Below are positions 23,745 to 36,493 of a stretch of DNA of 64,000 nucleotides, in pieces. Each line of letters starts with the position of its first letter. The first letter of the stretch is position 1. The stretch covers positions 40,290,304-40,354,303 of the forward strand of contig NC_068986.1 in NCBI RefSeq assembly GCF_001194135.2. Reading direction: 5' to 3'. The notes beneath the pieces are model-generated. The model was not told the DNA's origin. It was given only the letters and a program-made list of their open reading frames with translations, and made no database searches. This stretch comes from Octopus bimaculoides (lineage: Eukaryota). The translations under genes were made by a program, and so were the position numbers.

Positions 23745-23966
23745 TCGTTTTTTTCAGTAAAAAACACTGGAAAAATAATTCAGAATACTTGTCCAGTATC
23801 AGATCAATCCTAAAATCTAATCAGTTCATGCAGTCATGAGGCCAAACATCCCTGAAAGTTACATCCGAATCCATCCAGCAGCTCTTGAGATATCTTGTCC
23901 ATGGACAAACAAACAAACAAACATGACTGAAAATAATACCTCTGCCTTCACTAAGGCGGAGGTAAT
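23745..23966 (+). mobile_element. Helentron-associated / DINE-1-like nonautonomous element, 5'-truncated
   Basis: Shares its body with 55905-56280; (CAAA)n tract then 3' hairpin tacctctgcctt-cact-aaggcggaggta (23937-23964). Confidence 0.6.
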
Positions 23967-24098
23967 AACCCTTTCTACTATAGGCATAAGGCCTGAAATT
24001 TTGGGGGGAGGAGACTAGTCGATTATATCTACCCCAGTGTTTCACTGGGACTCGTAATTCATTGACCCTGAAAAGATGAAAGGCAAAGTTATCAAATA

Positions 24099-24574
24099 CA
24101 GTAATCCCTCAACTGTTGCTTGTGTTACATTCCAAAATCTCCCATGATAGGTGAAAATCCATGAAGAAGAATCAGTACCGTACTGTATATTTTTTTTATA
24201 ATTTGTATATATCTATTTTATTAGAAATGCAAAACAGCACCACGCACTCACCTCCCAAGTTTCGTTTTCCATACAGTATGTACGATTCTTTGTTTACTCA
24301 TCTGCAGTACACTACATATTTTCTTTTAATATATTTTAATTAATGTTATACAGTGCAGGACTGTACTGTACTTTTATTTATTAGTTTTTAAGTGTGAAAA
24401 TGCTTATTTTACCACAGAAATAATTAATATCTAAAAAAATATAAATGCCTATCAGTCGCAGAAAACCACGATATACTGAGGAGTCCGTGATATAGATTTA
24501 CATATATCAGCCAGAATAATCCACAATGTACTGAGGGCGCGATTAGTGAACCACAATATGGCGAGTAATTATTG
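24099..24574. mobile_element. pogo/Tigger-like (Tc1-mariner) MITE, 476 bp
   Basis: TA flanks (24097-98, 24575-76); ends cagtaatccctc / RC caataattactc; repeated subterminal ccac(g/a)at(a/g)ta motifs. Confidence 0.6.
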
Positions 24575-24831
24575 TAATAATAATAATAATCCTTTCTACG
24601 ATAGGCATGAAATATTTTGGGGAGGGGGCTGTTACAACCCCAGTGCTGAAGTGGTGCTTACATTATTGACTCTGAAATGGTCATTTGAAACTGGAAAGGA
24701 ATGCTAAAAAAAATACTACCTAGCATTTTGTCCCTTATGCTAATGATTCTGCCAGCTCAAATAATAATGAGACGTAGATAAATTTTCTTCCTACTTTCAG
24801 GAATAACAGTGGATTTTCATTTTTTTTTTTT

Positions 24832-25225
24832 TATTACTCTTTTACACTTTTACTTGTTTCAGTCATTTGACTGCGGCCATGCTGGAGCACCGCCTTTAGT
24901 CGAGCAAATCGACCCCAGGACTTATTCTTTGTAAGCCTAGTACTTATTCTATCGGTGTCTTTTGCCGAACCGCTAAGTTACGGGGACGTAAACACACCAG
25001 CATCGGTTGTCAAGCAATGCTAGGGGGGACAAACACAGACACACAAATACACACACACATATATATACATACATATATACGACGGGCTTCTTTCAGTTTC
25101 CGTCTACCAAATCCACTCACAAGGCTTTGGTCGGCCCGAGGCTATAGTAGAAGACACTTGCCCAAAGTGCCACGCAGTGGGACTGAACCCGGGACCATGT
25201 GGTTGGTAAGCAAGCTACTTACCAC
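24832..25225 (-). mobile_element. SINE family A, very young (CpG-intact) copy
   Basis: Retains many CpGs (gactgcggcc, gagcaccgcc, gtcgagcaaatcgacc, gccgaaccgc); near-identical to 43584-44132. Confidence 0.95.
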
Positions 25226-25829
25226 TGCAAGCTTGCACATGTGTGTGATAGGTTTTGCTGGAATAGTATTTTTTGTTGATGTTGTGTAGCTGAACATCAG
25301 CCCTGACATGGAGCAAACATGATTAAAGGCATTCCAAACCAGTACCATCCTATCATTTTTTTTTTTCAGGTGTAGTGTATCTAGGGGTATATAATTTAAT
25401 ATATATTTTTCTTCTTTTTTAAGATTGTAGGAAGTCAATTGAGGCAAATTTGACTATAGTTTCTTGCAAGTTGAGTATCAATGTCATATAGAGGCTTCCC
25501 TCCTCATTAATGTATGGCCTCCTATCAGTCTTGGCATTGAGAAAATCTATGACAAAAGGTATTTTAGCTGTGCTTATTTTATATTTCTTTCCTTCACTTT
25601 TTTATTTTCATCTAAGACCTCATTATTCAATATATCTTCTTTAATATAACAAGAAAGAAATTTTAGGGAGATTTGGCTGCTATTTCTAGCAAGTCAGATG
25701 ATCATATCTCAAGGAATCTCCCTCCCTCTCTCTTTGGCTCATTATCAGAGCAATTGTTTTTACAGATGGAATGTCCTTCCCATTTCTAACCACTCCACTG
25801 TGAAGTAGGAGTGGAACTTATGTGTATTT

Positions 25830-26373
25830 GTAAATATCATTATTACCACATCCATTTTCCTATATTTGCATGGCTCACATGAAGTTCATTGAGGCAGACA
25901 TTCTGTGGCCTGGGGCATTTCCTGTTGCCAACCCTCACCTGTTTCCAAGCATGGTAACATTTTCCTTAGTTCTTCAAACATGAACAGCACAATGATTGGA
26001 CATGTTTTTGTGGTAGATTGCTAACAAACAACACCGGTTGAATGACAATGACATTTGTTTACAGTTAGCACATGCTGTCAGAACAAGGAGACAGGATCAC
26101 ACACACATGCACATGCATACACGCTCACACACACTCACTCACACACACACACTCACTCACACATACACACGCTCACACGCTCACACACACACATGCTCAC
26201 ACACACGCATGTTGAATTTCTTTCAGTATTTCTCTCTACGAAATCCACTCACAGAGCTTTGGTTTGCCTGGATCTATAGCAAAAAACACTTACTCAAGAT
26301 GCTGCACAGCAGGACTGAACCTGAAACCATGTTGTTGAGAAGTGAACTTCTTAACCTCACAGCCATGCCTGTG
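25830..26373 (-). mobile_element. Chimeric SINE: family A head and CORE-like part with RTE-type tail
   Basis: Head at 26205-26373, (CA)-rich spacer, then on minus aaacatgtccaatcattgtg...ggttggcaacaggaaatgccc...ccatgcaaatataggaaaatggatg; same architecture as 27714-28190. Confidence 0.7.
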
Positions 26374-27169
26374 CTATGCTATGTTTATTAGAGACACAAT
26401 CCACAATTCTATGGCTGTATTGGTAGCAATATGACTTGAACTTATAACCGAACAGTCAGGAGTTTTAAACTTTGATTTCACAGATGTTGTTTGCCACCTC
26501 TAGCCATAAACTCGATGCAGTCAACAAAACGAGAAAAAAAAAAAAAAAAATTAAGAGAAACTGAATAAAAATCAATTAAAAAGTTTTAATGACTGTCTTA
26601 TTTTAAGAACTGACTTTTTGAAGAAGGAAATGCTACATTGATTAGTTTTGTCTCCACCACTGTCTCTATGTTATCTTGATAAGAGAAAAATGTGTTCAAC
26701 ATTTCAGTGCCAGGGATAGGGTTGAATTGAGGTGCCTGAGTGTAATATGATGTTTTGATATTCTTTTAACTGTACTTGGCATTTGGTTCTTTAAGGTCTT
26801 TTCTTGAACAGCTGTTAAATTGACATAGCTTTCAGCTGAGAGACAGAACATTTTGGTTGCAATTGATATACAATTGTACATACATACATACGCACATGTA
26901 TACACACACATATATATATACACATACGTACACACCCTGACACACACGTGTGAACTTGAAGTATATTTATTTTAGTATACACACTCACACATGCAAACGC
27001 ACATCATTCATGCAGATGTGATCACATGAACATATGCTTAAATTGTAACTGCATGTGCCTGCATCCTGTAAACAGTTTAGCATTGTCAGAAATATATAGA
27101 TGTTGTTGTTCTGCTGTTTAGGTTTAGTTAGCTAGCAGCAACACTTGTGGATTAGAACAATAGACTATA

Positions 27170-27545
27170 AGCAAAGCCATACATACATACATACATACAT
27201 ACACACACATACACACACACACACACATACACGTACAATCGTACATAAATATATACACAGCATACACACACATACACAGTATATATACATACACACAGCA
27301 TATATACATACATACACTCATACATATATACACAGCATACATACATGCATACACAGCCTACATATATACACACACAGCATATATATGTACATACATACAT
27401 ACATACATATACACACAGCATACATACATCCATACACAGTATACATATATATACACACACAGTATATATACATACATACATACACACACACAGCATATAT
27501 ACATTCATACAATCATGCATACATACATACATTAATACACACATG
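27170..27545. repeat. Compound (AC/AT/ACAT) repeat with recurrent acacagcata motif
   Basis: Read directly; source of the His/Thr/Ile/Tyr and Cys/Val/Met ORFs in the track. Confidence 0.9.
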
Positions 27546-27713
27546 CATATGTGTGTGTGTGTTTAAAAAAAATTGATTGTATTGTGGACCCTTATGTTGC
27601 AAATTCAAATCCTACTGGGATCAATGAAATTAAGTACCAGTTAGATATTGGTGTCAATGTAAATGTTACTATATCATTCTTGATGTCAATGGAATTTTAA
27701 CTGGCTTGAAGAT

Positions 27714-28190
27714 ATAGGCGCTAGCATGGCTATGTGGTTAAGTTTGCTTTGCAACCACATAGTTTTGGGTTCGGTCTCACTGTGTAGCACTTTCTGCTAT
27801 AGCCTTGGCCAACAAAATCCTTGTGAGTGGATTTAGTAGAGGGAAACTGAAAGAAGCCTGGCATATAATGAAAATACATGAGAGAGTATGTGTTTGCATA
27901 TATGAATGTGTCTGTATGTGTGTGTGTGTTTTTCTGCTTCCTTGTCTTGACATTGTGTGCTAATTGTAAATAAGAATCACTGTTCTTTCTTTGTAATCTT
28001 CCTTGAAAACATGTCCAGCCATTGTGCTATTCATGTTCAAAGGACTTGAGGAAATATTGCCTTGCTTGGAAATTGGTGAGGTTGGAGACAGGAAGAGCAT
28101 CCTGCCATAGGAAATCTGCCTCTGATTTTAATCTGATCCATGCAAACATAGAAATGTGAACATCAAAATGGTTATGAAGATGATGGTAAC
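27714..28190 (+). mobile_element. Chimeric SINE: family A head with RTE-type tail
   Basis: taggcgctagcatggctatgtggttaag head; later ggttggagacaggaagagcatcc and ccatgcaaacatagaaatgtgaacatcaaaatg...gatgatg. Confidence 0.72.
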
Positions 28191-28289
28191 TGAGATTATA
28201 TTTATTTTCCAGAATCTTTATAATCTTGCACTAGTTGTGGGCAAATTGTGGCTCGTGAGACTTTCTGAATGGAATGCCTAATGAAAAAT

Positions 28290-28378
28290 TACCTTCAATT
28301 GTTTTAGTAGTGCAACCTGCCTGATGATGAGTCCATGTCTCATGAGGCTTGCTTCTTGTAAAAGGTTGCCTATGCCTG
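28290..28378. mobile_element. Probable solitary hAT-type terminus
   Basis: aaaaggttgcctatgcctg (28360-28378; RC caggcataggcaacctttt) resembles CAGGGGTAGGCAACC hAT ends; no partner TIR found. Confidence 0.35.
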
Positions 28379-28806
28379 CTCTACACCAACCTTTGCTTTT
28401 TGCTCCATGCTAGCAACGGTTTTGCTAATTCCTCACATTATAAAAATTTGGAACTTCAGAATGAGATGGATGCCTTTCATGGCACTTACAACCAAAGATG
28501 TACAGCTTTCAGCTCTGCACATCACTTACACATGGTGACCTGGGCTGTTACTGAACCAGTCACACCTATGCATAAAAAGTGTAAAATATGCATAAAAAAA
28601 TAAGCACCAAACTGGTATGATTTCCAAAAAATCCATATATAAAATACTTCTGGAATTTATTGCAAAATTAAGATTCTATAGAATTTTCAGACTTTATTCT
28701 AAATAAATGGAGACAAAGAAATGGGAAGTAAGTGTAAAAACAAACATGACACATGCTCACATAAGAAGTTGACATTCATTTACATAAATGCATTCTCTAT
28801 AGTGCA

Positions 28807-28837
<31 letters not shown>

Positions 28838-29606
28838 ACATAGATATACACAAACATCTCTTCTTTTACTTTTTATGTATGCACATTTTATTTGTTACAC
28901 TTTTCTCTCTCTGTCTCCCTTACTCATTTGAACTCACAATATATTTGAAAGTAGATACCTTCATTTTGGTTACAGAAAAAAAATAGAATGTGAAATTATA
29001 TTTCTATTTGACAAACGAACCCAACCAGCAAATCGCTGTTGCTAAGGAAACTAATATACATGCATGTATGTGTGTATGAGAGAGTATGTGCGTGTGCATG
29101 AATGCATTGGAAAAACTGAAAATAGCATTTATTTTTTTTGTTAAAGTTTCCTTGGTTAATGGTTGTGTGTTCATCCAGTTAGAATCTCCGGTTGTTCTCT
29201 TGTTCTCTTATTAGTCAGGTCTTTCAGTGCATTGGATGAATTGTGGTAAATTATTTCTTTATTATTAATGAAATATAGACTAATAGGTGTGTGGAGTGGG
29301 GTATGCGAGGATACCCACCCAAATTAAACTTGTACTTTGCTAGTCTTCTTCCCTCTCCTCTCTCCTTCTCTCTTTCCTTCTCCCTCTCCTTTCTCCTTCT
29401 CTCTCCTCCTCCTCTCCTCCTATCTTTCTGTCTCTACCCCCTCTCTCTACATTGCACATGCATTAAAAATTAAATAGAATGCAGTGTTCAAAATAATTTT
29501 TTTTAGTTGTATTTTTCCTGATTTTGTTGGAAACAAATTAAAGCAATTTTGTTAGATTTCTGAGGCTAAAAGAAAATGGATGATATATATATATCATGAT
29601 ATATAT

Positions 29607-29668
<62 letters not shown>

Positions 29669-30661
29669 NNNNNNNNNNNNNNNNNNNNNNNNNNNNNNNN
29701 NNNNNNNNNNNNNNNNNNNNNNNNNNNNNNNNNNNNNNNNNNNNNNNNNNNNNNNNNNNNNNNNNNNNNNNNNNNNNNNNNNNNNNNNNNNNNNNNNNNN
29801 NNNNNNNNNNNNNNNNNNNNNNNNNNNNNNNNNNNNNNNNNNNNNNNNNNNNNNNNNNNNNNNNNNNNNNNNNNNNNNNNNNNNNNNNNNNNNNNNNNNN
29901 NNNNNNNNNNNNNNNNNNNNNNNNNNNNNNNNNNNNNNNNNNNNNNNNNNNNNNNNNNNNNNNNNNNNNNNNNNNNNNNNNNNNNNNNNNNNNNNNNNNN
30001 NNNNNNNNNNNNNNNNNNNNNNNNNNNNNNNNNNNNNNNNNNNNNNNNNNNNNNNNNNNNNNNNNNNNNNNNNNNNNNNNNNNNNNNNNNNNNNNNNNNN
30101 NNNNNNNNNNNNNNNNNNNNNNNNNNNNNNNNNNNNNNNNNNNNNNNNNNNNNNNNNNNNNNNNNNNNNNNNNNNNNNNNNNNNNNNNNNNNNNNNNNNN
30201 NNNNNNNNNNNNNNNNNNNNNNNNNNNNNNNNNNNNNNNNNNNNNNNNNNNNNNNNNNNNNNNNNNNNNNNNNNNNNNNNNNNNNNNNNNNNNNNNNNNN
30301 NNNNNNNNNNNNNNNNNNNNNNNNNNNNNNNNNNNNNNNNNNNNNNNNNNNNNNNNNNNNNNNNNNNNNNNNNNNNNNNNNNNNNNNNNNNNNNNNNNNN
30401 NNNNNNNNNNNNNNNNNNNNNNNNNNNNNNNNNNNNNNNNNNNNNNNNNNNNNNNNNNNNNNNNNNNNNNNNNNNNNNNNNNNNNNNNNNNNNNNNNNNN
30501 NNNNNNNNNNNNNNNNNNNNNNNNNNNNNNNNNNNNNNNNNNNNNNNNNNNNNNNNNNNNNNNNNNNNNNNNNNNNNNNNNNNNNNNNNNNNNNNNNNNN
30601 NNNNNNNNNNNNNNNNNNNNNNNNNNNNNNNNNNNNNNNNNNNNNNNNNNNNNNNNNNNNN

Positions 30662-30702
<41 letters not shown>

Positions 30703-31003
30703 AAATAGGAAATAGTTACTTTTGATTAACTTGAAAGCAAAACCTTTCATTGATAAGCAGCCAAGCTTGATATTTTCTTTGAAGGAAGTAAAACCGGGTA
30801 TTGCAAGTGGAGGTAGAGGGAAACTGTGATACACATGCCTTTCCCCAATGGCAACTAGTTAAACATGACTGAGATTATAGAATGCTCGCTAAATGTGGTT
30901 CATTATTTAGTTTTTGTTTTTTTGGTTACAAAATTTCAAAATCCTTACCAATTTGATGTTGCTTTTCATTTTACTCTATGGGACTGATAAAATGTATACA
31001 ACT

Positions 31004-31285
31004 GGAGTGGCTGTGTGGTAAGTAGCTTGCTTACCAACCACATGGTTCCGGGTTCATTCCCACTGTGTGGCACCTTGGGCAAGTGTCTTCTACTATGGCC
31101 TCGGGCTGACCAAATCCTTGNNNNNNNNNNTAACCTAGCGGTTCAGCAAAATAGACCAATAGAATAAGTACTAGGTTTCCAAAGAATAAATCCTGGGGTC
31201 GATTTGCTCGACTAAAGGTGGTGCTCCAGCATGGCTGCAGTCAAATGACTGAAACAAGTAAAAGAGTAAAAGAGAGCAAAGAGTA
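31004..31285 (+). mobile_element. SINE family A, young; centre lost in the 10-N gap
   Basis: ggagtggctgtgtggtaagtagc head; tail gtcgatttgctcgactaaagg...gaaacaagtaaaagagtaaaagag. Confidence 0.92.
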
Positions 31286-31414
31286 ACTGCCTTTAATACC
31301 CTGGGGTTGCTTATTTAATCAGTATATGCATACATATATAATGATGATGTTGATACATATAGTCCAAGCCATTCCAGCATCGAACATGGACATTAAATGA
31401 TGGTGATGATGATT

Positions 31415-31595
31415 GTGTGTGTGTGTGTGTGTGCTTCCCACCACTGCTTGACAACTGGTGTTGGTTTGTTTACATCCCTGTAAAAGTGGTGATAAAACCA
31501 GTGCTTGGTTTATTTGTTCAACTAAAACCCACCAAGGCAGTGCTCCAGCATGGCCACAGTCCAATGACTGAAACAAGTAAAAAGATATAAAGATT
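31415..31595 (+). mobile_element. SINE family A, older 3' half with internal deletion
   Basis: gcttgacaactggtgttggtttgtttacatccc...gctccagcatggccacagtccaatgactgaaacaag. Confidence 0.8.
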
Positions 31596-31606
31596 ACTGC
31601 AACTAT

Positions 31607-31836
31607 TACTCTTTACTCTTTACTCTTTTACTTGTTTCAGTCATTTGACTGCAGCCATGCTGGAGCACTGCCTTTAGTCGAGCAAATCGACCTCCAGGAC
31701 TTATTCTTTGTAAGCCTAGTACTTATTCTATCGGTGTCTTTTGCCGAACCGCTAAGTTACGGGGGACGTAAACACACCAGCATCGGTTGTCAAGCAATGT
31801 TGGGGGGGACAAACACAGACACACAAACACACACAC

Positions 31837-31877
<41 letters not shown>

Positions 31878-32050
31878 CATATATACGACGGGCTTCTTTC
31901 AGTTTCCGTCTCCCAAATCCACTCACAAGGCTTTGGTCAGCCTGAGGCTATAGTAGAAGACACTTGCCCAAGGTGCCACACAGTGGGACTGAATCCAGAA
32001 CCATGTGGTTGGTAAGCAAGCTACTTAACCACACAGCCACTCCTGGGCCT
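31607..32050 (-). mobile_element. SINE family A, young full-length copy
   Basis: Reverse complement of the family A consensus from (tactctt)n tail to cacagccactcctg head. Confidence 0.95.
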
Positions 32051-33267
32051 GTAAAAATCTATATTAGGCATCGGTAAACATTTCCTTAAAAGTCCTAGCA
32101 ACCAATTTGTAAAATTTCTGACTGATATTAAGAAATACTTTGTAAAAATCTCTTAGATAATAGGCTACTCTTTCACCATCTTTATCTTTCAACATGAACT
32201 TAAAATGTTAAATAATTTGTCTAGATATTAGATTATTGCAACAATTACAGAAATTTATTTTGTAATTCTGGGAATAATACTGAAACAATTGGCTTTGTAA
32301 ATGTATCTTCTTAAAACCCATTGTAATCAATTTATTAAATTTCTGAGTGATATTAAGAAATAATTTGCAAAGAAAAAAAGAAAAAGTCCAAGATGAGGTG
32401 TTTGTTGTTGCCTTTTCGGTTTTTGGTCTTTTCAGTATCCTTATGTTTTATCTTAAATCATTTTTTCCTTGTCGAGTAGCTTATCTAGTCTATCTATATC
32501 ATGTTTTTAAAATTGGTATTTCAGTTGGTTTTATTACTGTAATGTGGAATACTCTTCCAGAAATGTTTTGAACATGTGTTCTTACTTCTTAGAGAAGGAG
32601 AGAGGGAGAGAGAGTTGAGAAAATAGATCTTGAATAATAGTTATGGCTGTGGAATTATTACATCTACTTTTTCTTTTGTATGCACACACACACACACACA
32701 CATGGGGTGGAGTCATTTCAATTATATCTAAGTTTTTTGAAAGGAGCAAAAATAATGGATTTGCTGGTTGTAGTGATGTTGTGAGTTTAAAATGCCAAAG
32801 AAAAGAAGATACAAGAGGAAAAAAGATAAAAAGAAAGGAAGATAAGTAAAAGTGAATATTGTTTTTGTTTTCTTTTTCATTAATAGGAATTAACAATTTT
32901 ATTACGGCTTTTCTTGGTTTAATACATTCCTACTTTATATTGCTTTTGTTTTTTTTGATTTAGCCCCAGGTCACATTTGGCTGTACAGACGTGATCAAAG
33001 GCATTCCAGTTATGACCTACTTCTTTCATTTCCCCACTTTTTTTCTTAGGCATAATGTAACTAGGATTATATTATTCAATACGTCTATTTTTAAAATATT
33101 AAGACGTGGTTTGAGGGAGATATTTAGTTGCTATTTCTAACTGGCTGAATGATTGCTTAAAGCAGAGATTTTTAAGTGGTGTCAAGGAAACTAAAGACCA
33201 ATGGAGGGTATGTTTTCTATAAAGAAAATATGATAAAATCCTTATTTTCTATCGTGTTTTCTGATTA

Positions 33268-33361
33268 ATGGCTGTGTGGTAAGTAGCTTGCTTACCAACC
33301 ACATGGTCTCTGGCTCAGTCCCACTGTGTGGCACCTTGGACAAGTGTCTTCTACTATAGCC
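33268..33361 (+). mobile_element. SINE family A 5' part, running into a gap
   Basis: tggctgtgtggtaagtagcttgcttacc...ccttggacaagtgtcttctactatagcc. Confidence 0.88.
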
Positions 33362-33461
33362 NNNNNNNNNNNNNNNNNNNNNNNNNNNNNNNNNNNNNNN
33401 NNNNNNNNNNNNNNNNNNNNNNNNNNNNNNNNNNNNNNNNNNNNNNNNNNNNNNNNNNNNN

Positions 33462-34141
33462 TGTTGTTCTCATTACCATCCTCGTTACCATCATCCCCAA
33501 CACTGTTGTCGTCGCCATCATAATTATTGCAGCCATGCTCACTTCCATGGTGACCACCACCTTCATCATCACTGCCATCATCATCATCATCATCATCAGT
33601 ATTGCCGCTGTTGTCATCACTACTATCAACACCACTATTGTTGTCACCCCATCCTCATTCTCACATCATCATTAGTTTCATCTTCATCAACATCATCATC
33701 ATCATCATTGTCCCCCACTACCATTGTCACCATCATTGTCATTACAATTCTCACCTGTATCTTCATCAGAGATTATTCATCACCATTACCATCTTCGTTA
33801 ACATTATCATTACTCCACCACCATCATCATCATCTCAGCTTCATTGCCACTATTGCTTCTCCACCACCACTATCATCATCACTATTCCACTACCACTGTT
33901 ACTACTCCTCCTCCATCATCATCATCGTCACTACTCTATCAACATCATTGCTTCACCACCACAACCACTCCACTGCCATCAACATCATCATCATCACCAC
34001 GACTCCATCAACATCACTATCAACATCATCTCTATTTTACTGACATCATTGCTTCTCTGCCACCACCACCTTCATCACTATTTCACCACCATCATCACTG
34101 TACCACTGCCACCACCATCGTCATCCCACCATCATCATACC
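33462..34141. repeat. Degenerate (CAT/CAC)n trinucleotide low-complexity tract
   Basis: About 680 bp of catcat/caccac/tcatca triplet-phase sequence, giving His-, Ile/Thr- and Ser/Pro-rich pseudo-ORFs in all three plus frames. Confidence 0.9.
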
Positions 34142-35147
34142 GCTTTTCTCTTTTTATTTTGTTTTTAGCTAAAAAGCTCACAGATAAGAGAGAATTTGAG
34201 ATGAACTTTGTCTAATTTTTGTTTGTCTTTTAGTAAAGACCAGTACCACTATTGCTGTCTCATTCTACAAAGAATTCTATGATGCATTTACACAGAAAGC
34301 ATCAAACTACTACATTGCTTCTGATGATTGACCCTAGTAAAGGATTGAAATCATGATACTGCAATTGTTAGTTTTGTGCTATCTCTATATTTGGCATATA
34401 GCCTAAAAATTCTTCCAAAAAACAAAACAAAAAAAACATCACCTAAGTATGTGTATGTATGTTGAATTTAATCTTCCTAAAGTGAACTATGTATATATTC
34501 TCTTAACCTCTCTCACCCTCCCCTCTTTTATTTTTTGTTTCATGATACCTCATTTACATATAATATGCAAATTGGCTGAGTTTTTTTTTTTTTTTTTACA
34601 ATTTCTTTTTACACTTTTTTTTTTTTTTGGTATTGATAGCTAGGGCATAAAGAGAAGTACATTTTACTAAACACTGAACTGTTTATTTTCTTAAATGATG
34701 CAAACATTAAAAATTTGTTTGTTTAAAACCAAAACGTTTTGTTGACCGTGGAAAATGTTCATTAGATTCATTAATGGTTGAACGACTTATTGAGTTGTTG
34801 CATAATTATTTATTTATTTATTTATGTATTTATTCATTCATTTATTTTTGTTTTAGTCTTTGCACTAACTTCTGCTTCTTCTTAAAGTCATTTATTAATC
34901 TTAATCATTATACAAAAGAAAAAAATAAACCCACTGATAATAAACAATAACAATAATAATAACAATAACAATCACATCATTGATTTTGAACAAACTAATT
35001 TTATTTTATGTTGAAAGCTATAACTAATTTAAAATCGTTAGTGTTTATCAACAGTTGGAAGTTTTGCTTAAAGCTGAATATGTAATTAAATTCAGTTTTA
35101 AAGTTTGCTGCCATAAAAGTTTAACTCATAAATGTCAAAATAGCAAA

Positions 35148-35462
35148 AGGAGCTTCTATGCAAATAATTTTAACTTGTTTAATGTAGCAGTGAAATCTCG
35201 TTTAGCAATCAACTTTCCTATCATATTTTAGTAGTACACCACATATTTCAACTACTAAATCTCTCAGCCAATCAGGTGAACTATATATGGTTACTTGACC
35301 TGTTAGAGTTAGTAACCGAATCTCCTTCAATTCATAGTCTTTTTTTTTTTTTTTAAAGAAAGAAAAAAGAAAAAATTAGTGAGAGGAGCTACTGTGCAAA
35401 TAATTTTAACTTGTTTAATGTAACTATGAAATTTCATTTAGCAATCAACTTTCTATCATATT
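35148..35462 (+). repeat. Diverged direct repeat, about 80 bp, period about 236
   Basis: aggagct...tgcaaataattttaacttgtttaatgta...tttagcaatcaacttt at 35148-35227 and 35384-35462. Confidence 0.85.
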
Positions 35463-35465
35463 CTA

Positions 35466-36451
35466 TCAAGGATGAAAGGTAAAGTCAACCTTGGCAGTGT
35501 TTGAACTTAATGTTAGGATGAACAAAATGCCACAGAGCATTTTGCCCAGCATGCTAATGATTCTGCCAGCTTGCTGCCCTAGTAGATGTAGTAGTAGTAG
35601 GAGGAGGAGGCGCAATGGCCCAGTGGTTAGGGCAGCAGACTCTCGGTCATAGGATCGCGGTTTCGATTCCCAGACTGGGCGTCGTGAGTGTTTATTGAGC
35701 GAAAACACCTAAAGCTCCACGAGGCTCCGGCAGGGGATGGTGGCGAACCCTGCTGTACTCTTTCACCACAACTTTCTCTCACTTTTACTTCCTGTTTCTG
35801 TTGTGCCTGTAATTCAAAAGGTCAGCCTTGTCACACTGTGTCACACTGTATCACGCTGAATATCCCCGAGAACTACGTTAAGGGTACACGTGTCTGTGGA
35901 GTACTCAGCCACTTGCACGTTAATTTCACGAGCAGGCTGTTCCATTGATCGGATCAACTGGAACCCTCGATGTTGTAAGCGACGGAGTGCCAAGAACAGT
36001 AGTAGTAGTAGTAATCCTTTCTACTATAGGTACAAGGCCTGAAATTTGGGCGAGTTGATTACATTGATCCCAGTACTCAACTGGGACTTATTTCATTGAC
36101 CCCAAAAGGATGAAAGGCAAATATGACCACGGCAGAATTTGAACTCAGAACATAAGGATGGATGAAATACCACTAAGCATTTTGCCCTGCATGCTAACAA
36201 TTCTGCCAGTTTGTTGCCGTAATAATAATAATGGTAGTCCTTTCTACTGTAGGCACAAGGCCTGAAATTTTGGTGGAAGGAACTAGTCAATTACATTGAC
36301 CCCCAGTGTTTCACTGATATTTTATTTATCAATCCCAAAAGGATGAAAGGCTAAGTCAACCTCAGTGGAATTTGAACTCAGAATGTAAAGACAGACGAAA
36401 TACTGCTAAGCATTTTACCCAGCATGCTAACAATTCTGCCACCTCACCACC

Positions 36452-36493
<42 letters not shown>

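Larger units (their letters stand above)
23358..24760 (-). mobile_element. Cluster of four family C SINEs (23358-23503, 23533-23742, 23965-24092, 24586-24760) with (AAT)n spacers
   Basis: Repeated aatcctttctac...aaggcctgaaatttt...aaggatgaaaggcaaagt...gaatttgaactc...agcattttg units, all in the same orientation. Confidence 0.85.

Noticed and set aside
28261-28380. Minus-strand exon with AAG/GTAATT donor, and a CTGATGA hammerhead-like start at 28321
   Set aside because: The segment begins at a hAT-like terminus; no GAAA or stem III follows the CTGATGA.
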